Source: Synergistaceae bacterium (GTDB lineage Bacteria; Synergistota; Synergistia; Synergistales; Aminobacteriaceae). From it: a stretch of 64,000 nt of DNA. The first letter of the stretch is position 1, and every line of letters begins with the position of its first letter. The translations under genes and the position numbers were made by a program. Under the pieces are notes generated by a model, which was not told the DNA's origin, did not search any database, and was given only the letters and a program-made list of their open reading frames with translations. Positions 19,258-28,122 of the stretch are shown one piece after another. The stretch lies in assembly GCA_031272145.1 (NCBI GenBank), contig JAISUL010000005.1, positions 7,098 through 71,097 on the forward strand, written 5' to 3'.

Positions 19258-20215
19258 GGGGCGCAGAGGGTTTGTTTTAGTGTCAGTCCTGCTGCTTGGC
19301 ACCGTGCTCATATCATGCGCGACGGCGTTCGCTTGGTTCTCGCGGGTTCAGGTGAGGTCCGCCCTGCGCGAGAAGGAGTCGCTGGAGCGCCGGAGCGCCG
19401 CCGAGGTGCTGGTCGCCGCGATAATAACCGGGATCAAGTCGAACGTGCTGGTCAAGTTCGACTCGCTGCTGCTTCCGTGGTTCAAGCCGTTCATCGCGCC
19501 CATCGACGACGCGGCTTGGGTGATACAGATAAGGCCGCTCGACGACAAGATACCTATAAGGAACATCTTCCTGCCCGACGGCAGCACGCTGCGCACGGAG
19601 ATGCGCGACATGTGGTACGACATGTGGGAGAAGATGAACCGCCGCGACATGGCCGACCTCGTGCTGGACTTCCTCGACCGCGACACCAAGGCGCGCTCCG
19701 GCAGCAACGAGCGCGAGACTCACGTCAACCGCACAGTGCTGGACATGTCGGAGCTGCTGATGCTGGAGGAGATGACCCCGGCAGTGCTCTACGGCCCTAA
19801 CTCCGAGAAGGCGGCGCTGACCCCCGCCACTGCGACTGCGAACGTGCAGCCGGCGCTGAACTCGGGGTTGGATGTAACGGCCGGCCTGACCGACTACTGC
19901 ACCCTATGGTGCGGCAGCAAGATAAACATCAACGTGGCCCCTGTCCGCGTGATGGAGATACTGCCCGGCCTGAACAGCTCCATCGCCGAGCGGATCGCCG
20001 AGGCCCGCGAGACCGCGCCCATAAAGAACATGAGCGACCTGAGGTCCATACCCGGCTTCCCCGCCTCGACCGCGCGGCTCAGCGGCCTGGTGGGGTTCAG
20101 CAGCCAGTACTTCGAGATACGCATGGAGATACTGGACGACAACGACACCGGGGGCGGCTTCGACGTGATATTCGACAAGTCAACGGGACTGATAGTCCTC
20201 TGGGAGGAGATCTGA
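19214..20215 (+). CDS. GspK-like pseudopilin/secretion protein
   Basis: 333 aa. RRGFVLVSVLLLG N-terminus and a helix-hairpin-helix-like segment VMEILPGLNSSIAERIAEAR...LRSIPGF. Confidence 0.62.
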   Translation: MQASRRSSYSRSRARGRRGFVLVSVLLLGTVLISCATAFAWFSRVQVRSALREKESLERRSAAEVLVAAIITGIKSNVLVKFDSLLLPWFKPFIAPIDDAAWVIQIRPLDDKIPIRNIFLPDGSTLRTEMRDMWYDMWEKMNRRDMADLVLDFLDRDTKARSGSNERETHVNRTVLDMSELLMLEEMTPAVLYGPNSEKAALTPATATANVQPALNSGLDVTAGLTDYCTLWCGSKININVAPVRVMEILPGLNSSIAERIAEARETAPIKNMSDLRSIPGFPASTARLSGLVGFSSQYFEIRMEILDDNDTGGGFDVIFDKSTGLIVLWEEI

Positions 20216-20217
20216 AA

Positions 20218-21417
20218 TTGGCGCGCTACGATAACATCGCGTTTTTCCGCGTCGACTCAAGCGGGGCGGAGAAGATCGGGCCGGCGGCGACAGGCAGGGC
20301 GTCTATGAGGCAGGCCAAGACCGCGGTGTCGCTTGTGCCGCTCAAGTCCCTGTCCGTGTCGTCCTTCGCGTTTCCGTTCGGCAACGTCCTTCGCGTGAGG
20401 GACGCGCTCAAGATGCAGAACCTGCCCTACGTCTCGGCGGGCGGCATGGAGCTCTTCCCCTCCGTCATCAAGCACGGGCGGCGCAGCAGCGAGGGAGTGG
20501 TGTGGTTCGCCTCGTCGAGCGAGCTGGGCGGCGTCCAATCCCCGATGGAGCGGCGCGACAACCGCGTGTGGCCCGCGGCACTGCCCTTGGTCTCGGAGAT
20601 CGGCGGCGACGGGGCCACCATCTGGATCGACGCCGAGAACATCTGCTCCATGCTGTGGCGAAACAAGGTTCCGACGTTCTACCGATGGCGGCCCAGACCG
20701 GCCGGAATGGACGACAGGTCAGCGGCCGAGTCGGAGACGTCGTGGCTGATGAACTACGCCGAGGCCGGAAGCGAGGTCGGCTCCGAGTGGGGAAACAAAC
20801 CGGTGTACGTGTTCCACTGGACGACCGAGGCGGAGCGGCTGCCGGAGATAATAAAGGCCAGCCTCGCCCTCTGCCCATGGATAGAGGACGTGAACCTCTC
20901 CGTAAACGCGCTCGACAGCGTGCTGGGCCTGGAGCGCATCGTGCGGTCTTTGTCGCGCGCCGCCATGTGGATATTGGTGATGGGCCTGCTGGTGCTCGTG
21001 GGCAACGCCATGAAGTACTGGGACGCTAAGCGGGACCTGGACGGCCTGCGCGACCGATCCTCCGACCTCTACCGCTCGGCGTTCGACCCGTCGAGGTCGG
21101 GCAGGATAGCCGACCCCCTTGGCCTGGCCCGGTCGAAGATGGCGGAGCTCCGCGGAGGGACATCCACGGGCAGGACACTCCCCGACGTCCTGGAGGACCT
21201 CGGCGGCATATTCGAGCGCAACCCCAGCATGGACGTCCAGCTGGACAGCATGAGGTACACGGCGGACGGGGTGGACTACACTGGCACGGCCAAGGAGATG
21301 GACACAGTCCAGCAGTTCCGCGAGGCGTGGGCGGAGAAGGCCGCCGCTGTGCCGTTCCCGAACCTGAGGAGCGCGCCTGGGATAGGGTACAGGTTCGACC
21401 TGAGCGTGAGGTGGTAG
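20218..21417 (+). CDS. GspL/PilM-N-like secretion or pilus assembly protein
   Basis: In-frame TTG at 20218, just after the gspK-like stop. Has an internal TM (MWILVMGLLVLVG). Assigned from context. Start is uncertain. Confidence 0.45.
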   Translation: MARYDNIAFFRVDSSGAEKIGPAATGRASMRQAKTAVSLVPLKSLSVSSFAFPFGNVLRVRDALKMQNLPYVSAGGMELFPSVIKHGRRSSEGVVWFASSSELGGVQSPMERRDNRVWPAALPLVSEIGGDGATIWIDAENICSMLWRNKVPTFYRWRPRPAGMDDRSAAESETSWLMNYAEAGSEVGSEWGNKPVYVFHWTTEAERLPEIIKASLALCPWIEDVNLSVNALDSVLGLERIVRSLSRAAMWILVMGLLVLVGNAMKYWDAKRDLDGLRDRSSDLYRSAFDPSRSGRIADPLGLARSKMAELRGGTSTGRTLPDVLEDLGGIFERNPSMDVQLDSMRYTADGVDYTGTAKEMDTVQQFREAWAEKAAAVPFPNLRSAPGIGYRFDLSVRW

Positions 21418-21425
21418 CGCCAAGC

Positions 21426-22079
21426 ATGAGCGGCGCCCTCCGCTCGTTATTATCGCTCTGCGCCCACATGCTCTGGCCGGTCTCCTGCCCTGTGTGCGGG
21501 GCTATGGGTGAGGTCATATGCGAGCCGTGCCTCACGCCGCTGCTGAAGCCCCCGCCTCCGCGCTGCCTTGAGTGCGGCGAGCCAGTCCCCTGCAAGCTGC
21601 ACAGGGGAGGAGGCAGGATATACTCGGCCGGCCTCTACGAGGGAGGCCTGAGGGAGGCGGTGCTGATGCTCAAGGGGAAGTACAGGGTGATGGGCGCGCG
21701 GCTGGGCAGGGCATGCGCGCGGGTGCTCGTCAGGCCGGACGCTGACCTCCTCGTGCCGGTTCCCCTGCATCTGGACAGCCCTAGGCGCTACAACCAGGCC
21801 CTCGTCATAGCGGAGGCGCTTGGCAGGGCGTGGGACATAGAGGCGCTGCCCGCCGCGCGCTGGACGAAGGACGCCCCGTCCCGCTCCGGCATGTCCGCCG
21901 CCCAGCGCGAGGCCCTGACCCCGGACTTCTTCGCCTTCGACTCCGTCGCCGGCGCACGGATAGCCCTCGTGGACGACGTGTGCACGACCGGCTCGACTCT
22001 CTCGCGCCTGGCCGAGGCGGCGAGAGGCGCCGGAGCCGACGTCCCCGCCGCCTTCACCGTTGCTCAGACGCCCTACTGA
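21426..22079 (+). CDS. comF: ComF family protein (phosphoribosyltransferase domain)
   Basis: ATG 21426. N-terminal Cys4 (CPVCG...CEPC, CLECG), PRT motif ALVDDVCTTGST. Confidence 0.8.
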   Translation: MSGALRSLLSLCAHMLWPVSCPVCGAMGEVICEPCLTPLLKPPPPRCLECGEPVPCKLHRGGGRIYSAGLYEGGLREAVLMLKGKYRVMGARLGRACARVLVRPDADLLVPVPLHLDSPRRYNQALVIAEALGRAWDIEALPAARWTKDAPSRSGMSAAQREALTPDFFAFDSVAGARIALVDDVCTTGSTLSRLAEAARGAGADVPAAFTVAQTPY

Positions 22080-23248
22080 GCCGCTCCGCTCTTCACCGCC
22101 GCGTCCGCGACAGCCCTCGCCACGGCGGGAACCACCGCCGGGTCCATCACGTCCGGCAGGATGCGGTCGGGCCTCGGGGCGCTGATCAGAGCGGCTATGG
22201 CCTTGGCCGCGGCCAGCTTCATCTCCTCGTTTATGCACCTGGCCCTCACGTCCAGCGCACCACGGAATATCCCTGGGAAGCCCAGGCAGTTGTTGACCTG
22301 GTTGGGGAAGTCGCTGCGCCCGGTGGCTATGACGGCCACCCCGGCCGCCTTTGCGTCGTCCGGGTATATCTCCGGCGTTGGGTTGGCCATCGCGAAGACC
22401 ACGGCGTCCTTCGCCATCGAGCGGGCCATCTCGACCGAGACCGTGTCAGGCGCGGATATGCCCATGAACACGTCCGCGCCCCTCAAGACCTCCGCCAGAG
22501 TCCCCCTCTCGCCGCTCATCAGGAGGGCCAGCTCCTCCTTGACCGGGTTCATGCCGGCCGAGCGGCCCTTGTATATCGCGCCGTTCCTGTCGCACATGAC
22601 GATGTGCTTGGCGCCGGCGCTGGCCAAGAACTTGCATATGGCGGTCCCGGCGGCGCCGGCGCCGTTCATCACGATCTTCACCTCGGACAGCTTCTTCCCG
22701 ACGACCTTCAGCGCGTTGAGAAGGCCGGCAAGGGCTATGACCGCCGTCCCGTGCTGGTCGTCGTGGAAGACCGGTATGTCGCAGAGGGCCTGAAGCCTGC
22801 GCTCGATGTCGAAGCACCGCGGCGCCGATATGTCCTCAAGGTTTATCCCGCCGAGCCCCGGCGTCAGAAGCGACACCGCGTCTATGAACCTATCCGCGTC
22901 CTTAGTGCGCAGCGCGAGCGGGAACGAGTCGATGTCCGCGAAGCGCTTGAACAGGACGCTCTTGCCCTCCATGACCGGCAGCGAGGCCTCAGGCCCTATG
23001 TCCCCGAGGCCGAGCACTGCGCTGCCGTCCGTGATGACCGCGACCGTGTTCCACTTGGACGTGACCTCGTAGACCGCGCTGGGGTGCCGGGCTATCTCGC
23101 GGCACGGCTCGGCCACGCCCGGCGTGTAGGCTACGGCGAGGTCGTCCATCGTGGCGAGCGGCATGCGGCAGGCCGTGGCCAGCTTTCCTCTGGCCTCTCT
23201 GTGCGCTTTCAGGGCGCGCGCCGATATGTCTTCGTCTTTATTAGGCAT
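22073..23248 (-). CDS. NAD(P)-dependent malic enzyme
   Basis: 391 aa. LAVAYTPGVAEPC, ITDGSAVLGLGDIG and GAGAAG dinucleotide fold. Confidence 0.9.
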   Translation of the reverse strand: MPNKDEDISARALKAHREARGKLATACRMPLATMDDLAVAYTPGVAEPCREIARHPSAVYEVTSKWNTVAVITDGSAVLGLGDIGPEASLPVMEGKSVLFKRFADIDSFPLALRTKDADRFIDAVSLLTPGLGGINLEDISAPRCFDIERRLQALCDIPVFHDDQHGTAVIALAGLLNALKVVGKKLSEVKIVMNGAGAAGTAICKFLASAGAKHIVMCDRNGAIYKGRSAGMNPVKEELALLMSGERGTLAEVLRGADVFMGISAPDTVSVEMARSMAKDAVVFAMANPTPEIYPDDAKAAGVAVIATGRSDFPNQVNNCLGFPGIFRGALDVRARCINEEMKLAAAKAIAALISAPRPDRILPDVMDPAVVPAVARAVADAAVKSGAAQ

Positions 23249-23423
23249 GATAAAAAAGTCCTTTCTGTTTTGGCTTGGGAGCGCGGAAGCAGCTATATGT
23301 TATCGCCTCCGCCAAGAAACGGCCTCGGCAAGTCTAGCGGTATTGTGAAAAAAACGCGCCCGCACCCCCGTTTGCGATATAATGCTCAGAGTAACAAAAC
23401 CACGCTCAGAGCGGGGAGTATTT

Positions 23424-24128
23424 ATGGACAGAAGCGGAGACAACAAAAGGAGCGGCCGCCGCGCCGTCAAAATCACAAAGGACAGCACGGAGGACGCGCA
23501 GCGCACGGTGCAGAGGCGGATGGCGCAGCGCAGGAAGCGCCCCAAAGAAAAGGCGCCGATCATGTTCCGCGTCCTGGTGTGGTGCGGCGTCATAATGCTC
23601 TGCTTCGTAGGGGGCTACGTCGGCACGTCATTTATGCTCGACCGGTTCATGAACCGCCAGAGCCTGCTCGACGCGGACTCAGTCAAGGCAAGCGCAGCCA
23701 AGGCCTCCGCCTCCGACGACTACGCGCCGGTCTTGGGCGACATGAAGGCTCAGAAGGTAACCCTCTTCTACCCCAAGAACGACGCGCTCATGGAGGAGAA
23801 GGCCGACTTCATAGCCGTCACGCGCGAGGACAGCATTCAGGACGCCGTGACGAAGCTGCTCTCCCTGTGCGGGATGTTCGGCGGCGACGTCACCCTGAGG
23901 CACGTGTTCCGCAACGTGGACACGGTGTACCTCGACTTCTACGGCCCGTTCGTGGCGGGGCTGGCCGACGCCGGCGAGAGGGCGAGCGCCCTTTTCATAA
24001 CCGGCATAGTGCGCACCATGATGGAGAACTTCTCGCCGATAACCAAGGTGCGCTTCCTAGTGGACTCGAAGCTCGTGACCGCCGGGGCCCCTGTGGACTT
24101 GGCCGCGACGTGGCAGCTCCCGAAATGA
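23424..24128 (+). CDS. GerMN domain-containing membrane-anchored protein
   Basis: ATG 23424 follows a GGGGAG SD. Basic N-terminus, one TM (VLVWCGVIMLCFVGGYVG), then a GerM-like domain (VTLFYP..., VYLDF). Family call from memory. Confidence 0.55.
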   Translation: MDRSGDNKRSGRRAVKITKDSTEDAQRTVQRRMAQRRKRPKEKAPIMFRVLVWCGVIMLCFVGGYVGTSFMLDRFMNRQSLLDADSVKASAAKASASDDYAPVLGDMKAQKVTLFYPKNDALMEEKADFIAVTREDSIQDAVTKLLSLCGMFGGDVTLRHVFRNVDTVYLDFYGPFVAGLADAGERASALFITGIVRTMMENFSPITKVRFLVDSKLVTAGAPVDLAATWQLPK

Positions 24129-24709
24129 TCGCCCGTCTGGCCCTCGCCACCAACAACAGAATGAAATATCTGGAGTTCCTGTCGCTGTGGCCGCCCGATG
24201 CCGGCGAGCTGGTGTGCTCGCCCGGCTTGGTCAGCGTCCCTGAGACGGGCTACACGTACGCGCAGAACGCCATGCTGAAGGCCAAGGCGTGGGCGGAGTT
24301 CACCGGACTCCCCGCCCTGGCGGACGACAGCGGCCTGGAGGTCAACGCCCTGTCCGGGCTTCCGGGCATCATGTCGGCCCGCATAGTCGAGGGCACGGAC
24401 GCCGACCGCAACGCGTGGCTTTTGTCCCAGATGGAGGGACAAAAGAACAGGCACGCCAGCTTTTTCGCCGCCGTTGCCCTGGCCCTGCCTGACCGCACCG
24501 TGGTGGGCTTCGGGGTCTGCAGGGGAAAGATCGGCACCGCACTTGAGGGCGAGAGCGGCTTTGGCTACGACCCCCTGTTCGTGCCGAACGGATACAGCCA
24601 CTCCTTCGGCTCTCTGCCCAAGGACGTGAAGAACGGCATCTCGCACAGGGCTGTGGCCGTCAGGAACCTTCTTGCCGCGCTCCGCGACGAGGGGATACTC
24701 CCGCGATGA
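24125..24709 (+). CDS. rdgB: non-canonical purine NTP pyrophosphatase (RdgB/HAM1)
   Basis: In-frame ATG 24125 overlaps the upstream stop. LATNNRMK, DDSGLEV, FGYDPLF and ISHRA motifs. The first 765 codons of track ORF 21830..24709 are antisense junk. Confidence 0.85.
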   Translation: MIARLALATNNRMKYLEFLSLWPPDAGELVCSPGLVSVPETGYTYAQNAMLKAKAWAEFTGLPALADDSGLEVNALSGLPGIMSARIVEGTDADRNAWLLSQMEGQKNRHASFFAAVALALPDRTVVGFGVCRGKIGTALEGESGFGYDPLFVPNGYSHSFGSLPKDVKNGISHRAVAVRNLLAALRDEGILPR

Positions 24710-25842
24710 ATGACGAACTCAGGACGAAGATGCTTCTGAACGCCTGCCGCGCCCCTCTCGCCGCGTGGGAGAAGATGCGCGGCAGGGACAGCGGCTTTTT
24801 GTCGCCAGACAACGCGGGCGCAGCGAAGGACGCCCTTGGCCTGCGCCAGTCCTCCGCCTTGATTTTGTCGAAGCTGCCGAGGGACTGGCCGGAGCGCGAG
24901 ATGGACAGGCTGGCGGCGTGCGGCGCTCGGTTCGTGTTCATCGACGGCCCGGGCTACCCTGTGCGAATGAAGGACCTGCCGAATCCGCCCATCGGCCTCT
25001 ACGTTAGGGGGAAGGCCGACCTCGACGCTCTGCCTCCGATGGTCGCCATAGTCGGGACCAGGGGGTGCAGCCGCTACGGGTTCACCGTCGCCGAGACGCT
25101 CGGGCGCCTCGTGGTTCGGGCTGGCTACGGGGTGGTCAGCGGCGGCGCCAAGGGGATAGACGCTGCCGGGCACAGCGGCTGCCTGGCCGAGGGCGGCACG
25201 ACTGTCGCGGTGTTCGGCACAGGCATAGACAGGGTTTACCCGGCGGACCACAAGCCCCTGTTCTTGGAGATAGCCAAGCGCGGGGCTCTGGTGTCGGAGT
25301 ACATCATGGGGTCTGGCGGCGAGGCATGGCGGTTCCCTGAGCGCAACCGCCTCATAGTCGGCCTGGGCGGACGCGTCATAGTGGTGGAGTCGCCAGAGGA
25401 CGGCGGCGCGATGATCACCGCCCGACTTGCCCTCAACATCGGGCGCGAGATATGGTGCGTGCCAGGCCGCATAACCGACCCTCAGGCCAAGGGCACGAAC
25501 TCCCTCATACGCGACGGGGCGAACCCGATAGTCGACCTCAGCGACGGCCCGTTCGTCCTGGACGAGTTCATAGGCAAGATAGCGGTGCCATACGAGTCGG
25601 CGCCGATGCCGAAGCCGCAGCCGAAAAAAATTCCGGCAAAGCCCGAGACGCCGCCCGACCCGCCGATGAGCGGCGACGAGCAGAGGGTCTTGGAGATACT
25701 GAAGTCGAAGGGTGGCCGCACCGCCGACGAGATCATGGCGGAGAGCGGCCTGGGCCTGCAGAGCGTGCAGGCGGCTCTGGCGACCCTGTTGGCCTACGGG
25801 TTTGTGCGGGAGTCCGGGCCGGGGCGCTACGGAGCAGTATAG
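24706..25842 (+). CDS. dprA: DNA processing protein DprA
   Basis: 378 aa. Rossmann-like core VSGGAKGIDAAGH, YPADH and a C-terminal winged-helix region. Confidence 0.9.
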   Translation: MNDELRTKMLLNACRAPLAAWEKMRGRDSGFLSPDNAGAAKDALGLRQSSALILSKLPRDWPEREMDRLAACGARFVFIDGPGYPVRMKDLPNPPIGLYVRGKADLDALPPMVAIVGTRGCSRYGFTVAETLGRLVVRAGYGVVSGGAKGIDAAGHSGCLAEGGTTVAVFGTGIDRVYPADHKPLFLEIAKRGALVSEYIMGSGGEAWRFPERNRLIVGLGGRVIVVESPEDGGAMITARLALNIGREIWCVPGRITDPQAKGTNSLIRDGANPIVDLSDGPFVLDEFIGKIAVPYESAPMPKPQPKKIPAKPETPPDPPMSGDEQRVLEILKSKGGRTADEIMAESGLGLQSVQAALATLLAYGFVRESGPGRYGAV

Positions 25843-25857
25843 TAGGAGGTCAAAAAC

Positions 25858-26073
25858 GTGAGGCTTTTCATCCTTTTCCTGTCGATGAGCTGCGTCATAG
25901 CTTACGGCTACGCGCTGGCAGGGTATCTGTCGGGGCAGTTCGGCCAGTACAAGGAGAACTACATAATATGGGGGCTGCTGGTCGGCACGGCGTGCGGGGT
26001 TCTGGCGATGTACCTGTGGAAGAAGCACATGGACGAGTGGTTCGAGCCGACGGACGAGGAGAATAAGAAGTAG
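25858..26073 (+). CDS. small membrane protein
   Basis: 71 aa with two predicted TM helices and a GTG start. No homology recognised. Confidence 0.4.
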   Translation: MRLFILFLSMSCVIAYGYALAGYLSGQFGQYKENYIIWGLLVGTACGVLAMYLWKKHMDEWFEPTDEENKK

Positions 26074-26078
26074 CCGAG

Positions 26079-26444
26079 CTACTCTTTGCGCTTCCCTGCG
26101 TTCCTTATGCGGTAAGTCCTGTTCGCCGGATTCGGGGTGAACGCGTCATCAGAGGCAGCTTCTTTTAGCGCCGCGCTGAGCTCTTTCTCTTGCTCCCTGC
26201 GCTCGCTGCTGCGCGCTCTATGGGACAGGACGGCCTTTGCCGCGAACAGAACCGCGCAGAGGCAGAACGCGAAGATGACCTTGCGGCTTATCTCTATCTG
26301 AACGCCGCTCATGTACCCTGCGCCGAAGATAACCGCGGCGGCGGCGGCGAAGCTGAGTAACGACATGAACAGCCCCCGACGCCGTATGGCCTCGGTCTTG
26401 CGGATCTCCTCGTCCCAGTCGACGCGCTGCCTGCGTCTGGTCAT
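26079..26444 (-). CDS. small membrane protein
   Basis: ATG 26444 overlaps the acpS stop (ATGA). Two TM helices. The 5' extension of the track ORF is discarded. Confidence 0.5.
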   Translation of the reverse strand: MTRRRQRVDWDEEIRKTEAIRRRGLFMSLLSFAAAAAVIFGAGYMSGVQIEISRKVIFAFCLCAVLFAAKAVLSHRARSSERREQEKELSAALKEAASDDAFTPNPANRTYRIRNAGKRKE

Positions 26445-26827
26445 GGAATCGCCTCCAGAGTGACGACAGCCGCAGCGTAGTCCCCGTCGTGGCTTATGGA
26501 GACCCACGCCCTCTTCGCGCCGCTCTCAAACGCCGCGTCGATCTCCGGCGGAACGTAGAGCGACGGCGCCCCGTCCTCGCCTCGCTCGAGGCTGAACCGC
26601 GACGACAGAGCCAGACGGTAAATCGAGACGCCCGACGCCTTGGCGAAAGCCTCGCGCGCCGCGAAGGCCGACGCGTACCTCGCAGCGCGCGTGGTTTTGT
26701 GCACGCGCCCCTTCTCCGCGTACTCGATCTCCGATGGGCTGAACACCCGCTCGACGAACCTGCGCGACCGCACTGCCCGCTCCATCCGCGGTATGCTGCA
26801 GAGGTCTATCCCAGTCCCGACGATCAT
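26441..26827 (-). CDS. acpS: holo-[acyl-carrier-protein] synthase
   Basis: Starts MIVGTGIDLCSIPR (the classic AcpS N-terminus). ATG 26827 overlaps the upstream stop. ISHDGDYA near the C-terminus. Confidence 0.85.
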   Translation of the reverse strand: MIVGTGIDLCSIPRMERAVRSRRFVERVFSPSEIEYAEKGRVHKTTRAARYASAFAAREAFAKASGVSIYRLALSSRFSLERGEDGAPSLYVPPEIDAAFESGAKRAWVSISHDGDYAAAVVTLEAIP

Positions 26828-27432
26828 GAGTTGAACGAGGCCAAGACCCGCCCTGCCTCCGAGGAGACGCGCTTCATCCACTCCCTTTTGGCCGCGACGT
26901 ACTCGGCGTCGCGTATGAAGGGGAGGTTGACCCTCACGTTCTCGACCGCGCCGAGGAGTCCGGCGTAGGCCTGAAGTGCGGCCACGACGAGGTCGCTAGC
27001 CGCCGAGGCGTTGCTCTTCCCAAGGAGGGACTCGGCCAAGGCCATGACCTCGGCGCACAAAGCGGCGATGCCCTCCGGCGAGGCCACCGCGTCCTTGTAG
27101 GCAGCCTGAAGCGCCTCCGACCTAGCGGCTCTGTGCTCCTCTGTGTCCTTCGGCATATCCAGGGCAGCGATGACCGAGTCGAACGCCGCCGCGTCCTTTT
27201 GCGCCGCGTAAATCAGGTCCTCCGAGAGAGCCTCGGCCTGCGCGCGCACGTCCTTGGCCAGCGCCGTGTCGTACTTCGGCCTGCCTATCGTGAGGGAGCA
27301 GACCATGGCGACGAGCGAGGCTCCGAGCGCGCCCGAGACCGCCGCGACCGCTCCGCCGCCTGGCGCGGGCGAGCTCGACGCCAGACTATCCAGAAAACCG
27401 CCTACTGTCATATCCGCAAAACTCACGTACAT
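26824..27432 (-). CDS. cyclodeaminase/cyclohydrolase family protein (FTCD C-terminal-like)
   Basis: ATG 27432 follows an AGGAGG SD. Signature SSSPAPGGGAVAAVSGALGASLVAMV. Confidence 0.75.
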   Translation of the reverse strand: MYVSFADMTVGGFLDSLASSSPAPGGGAVAAVSGALGASLVAMVCSLTIGRPKYDTALAKDVRAQAEALSEDLIYAAQKDAAAFDSVIAALDMPKDTEEHRAARSEALQAAYKDAVASPEGIAALCAEVMALAESLLGKSNASAASDLVVAALQAYAGLLGAVENVRVNLPFIRDAEYVAAKREWMKRVSSEAGRVLASFNS

Positions 27433-27497
27433 GTCCGCGAAAACCTCCTGGAATCTATTGACAAAGATTATACAACCAACCTGTTCACAAAAACCAC

Positions 27498-27576
27498 TTA
27501 TCCACAAAAACCGTTCGACGACGCGAATTCACGAGTTTCGCCGCGACATATCCACAATTTTATCCACTTGTCCACA
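27498..27576 (+). promoter_or_regulatory. cluster of four co-oriented DnaA-box-like 9-mers
   Basis: TTATCCACA (27498-27506, perfect consensus), ATATCCACA (27548-27556), TTATCCACT (27560-27568) and TTGTCCACA (27568-27576). A weaker CTGTTCACA lies at 27481-27489. Confidence 0.55.
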
Positions 27577-27593
27577 GAACGTCGAGGCCGAAG

Positions 27594-27622
27594 TTGACAA
27601 AAAACGGCGGCCGTGCTATACA
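27594..27622 (+). promoter_or_regulatory. sigma70-like promoter
   Basis: TTGACA (27594-27599), 17-nt spacer, TATACA (27617-27622). Lies immediately downstream of the DnaA boxes and upstream of the gene at 27672. Confidence 0.5.
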
Positions 27623-27671
27623 TGGGGCGGCTGAGTCGCAAGCGATGCCATCGGATAGGAGGCGGGCAAAT

Positions 27672-28091
27672 ATGGACGAGCAAGAGGAGAAGCTGTACAA
27701 CGAGAAGCTGGGGCGCACCGAAGACCGGCTGTCGGCGAAGATCAATGCCCTGGACTCTGAGGTAAAAGCCCTGGCGCAGCAAATGAACGAAATGAAGCAC
27801 GACATGCGGGAGCTGCTCGCGTCATATCGGCATGTTTTTTGGGCACTTGTAGCCCTTGCTGTCACCATTGCATTCAGCGCATGGGGCATCTCTAGATACG
27901 ACGAGGATCGGATCGTAGCCCGTGTTCTCGACGCCTTGAACCGCCAGAGCGCTCTGATCGAGAGGGCAGACGGAGCGTCCGCGAGGGTGGTGCCCGCTCC
28001 AACTGCCACAGCTGCGCCTGCGCAGCCCGCGGAGAATGCCAGCGCAGATGTCGCCGGCGTCCCACCATCGCCGCGGACGCGGCGGCAATAG
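27672..28091 (+). CDS. coiled-coil single-pass membrane protein
   Basis: ATG 27672 follows an AGGAGG SD. Coiled-coil N-terminus, one TM (VFWALVALAVTIAFSAWGI) and an Ala/Pro-rich tail. Confidence 0.5.
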   Translation: MDEQEEKLYNEKLGRTEDRLSAKINALDSEVKALAQQMNEMKHDMRELLASYRHVFWALVALAVTIAFSAWGISRYDEDRIVARVLDALNRQSALIERADGASARVVPAPTATAAPAQPAENASADVAGVPPSPRTRRQ

Positions 28092-28122
28092 GCTAAATAA
28101 CTCATAGGAGGCCGGAGCTTTC

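Noticed and set aside
21830-24124. First 765 codons of the 959-aa plus-strand ORF
   Set aside because: They are antisense or out of frame relative to comF, the malic enzyme gene and the GerMN gene. Only the last 194 codons (RdgB, from ATG 24125) look like a real protein.
24565-26028. 487-aa minus-strand ORF
   Set aside because: It is antisense to dprA, which has a clear DprA core. Composition is low-complexity and Arg-rich.
27440-27622. Calling the DnaA-box cluster the chromosomal origin (oriC)
   Set aside because: There is no dnaA or dnaN nearby, no clear switch in gene-strand bias around the site, and only 4-5 boxes. GC skew cannot be computed reliably by eye. It is reported only as a DnaA-box cluster.
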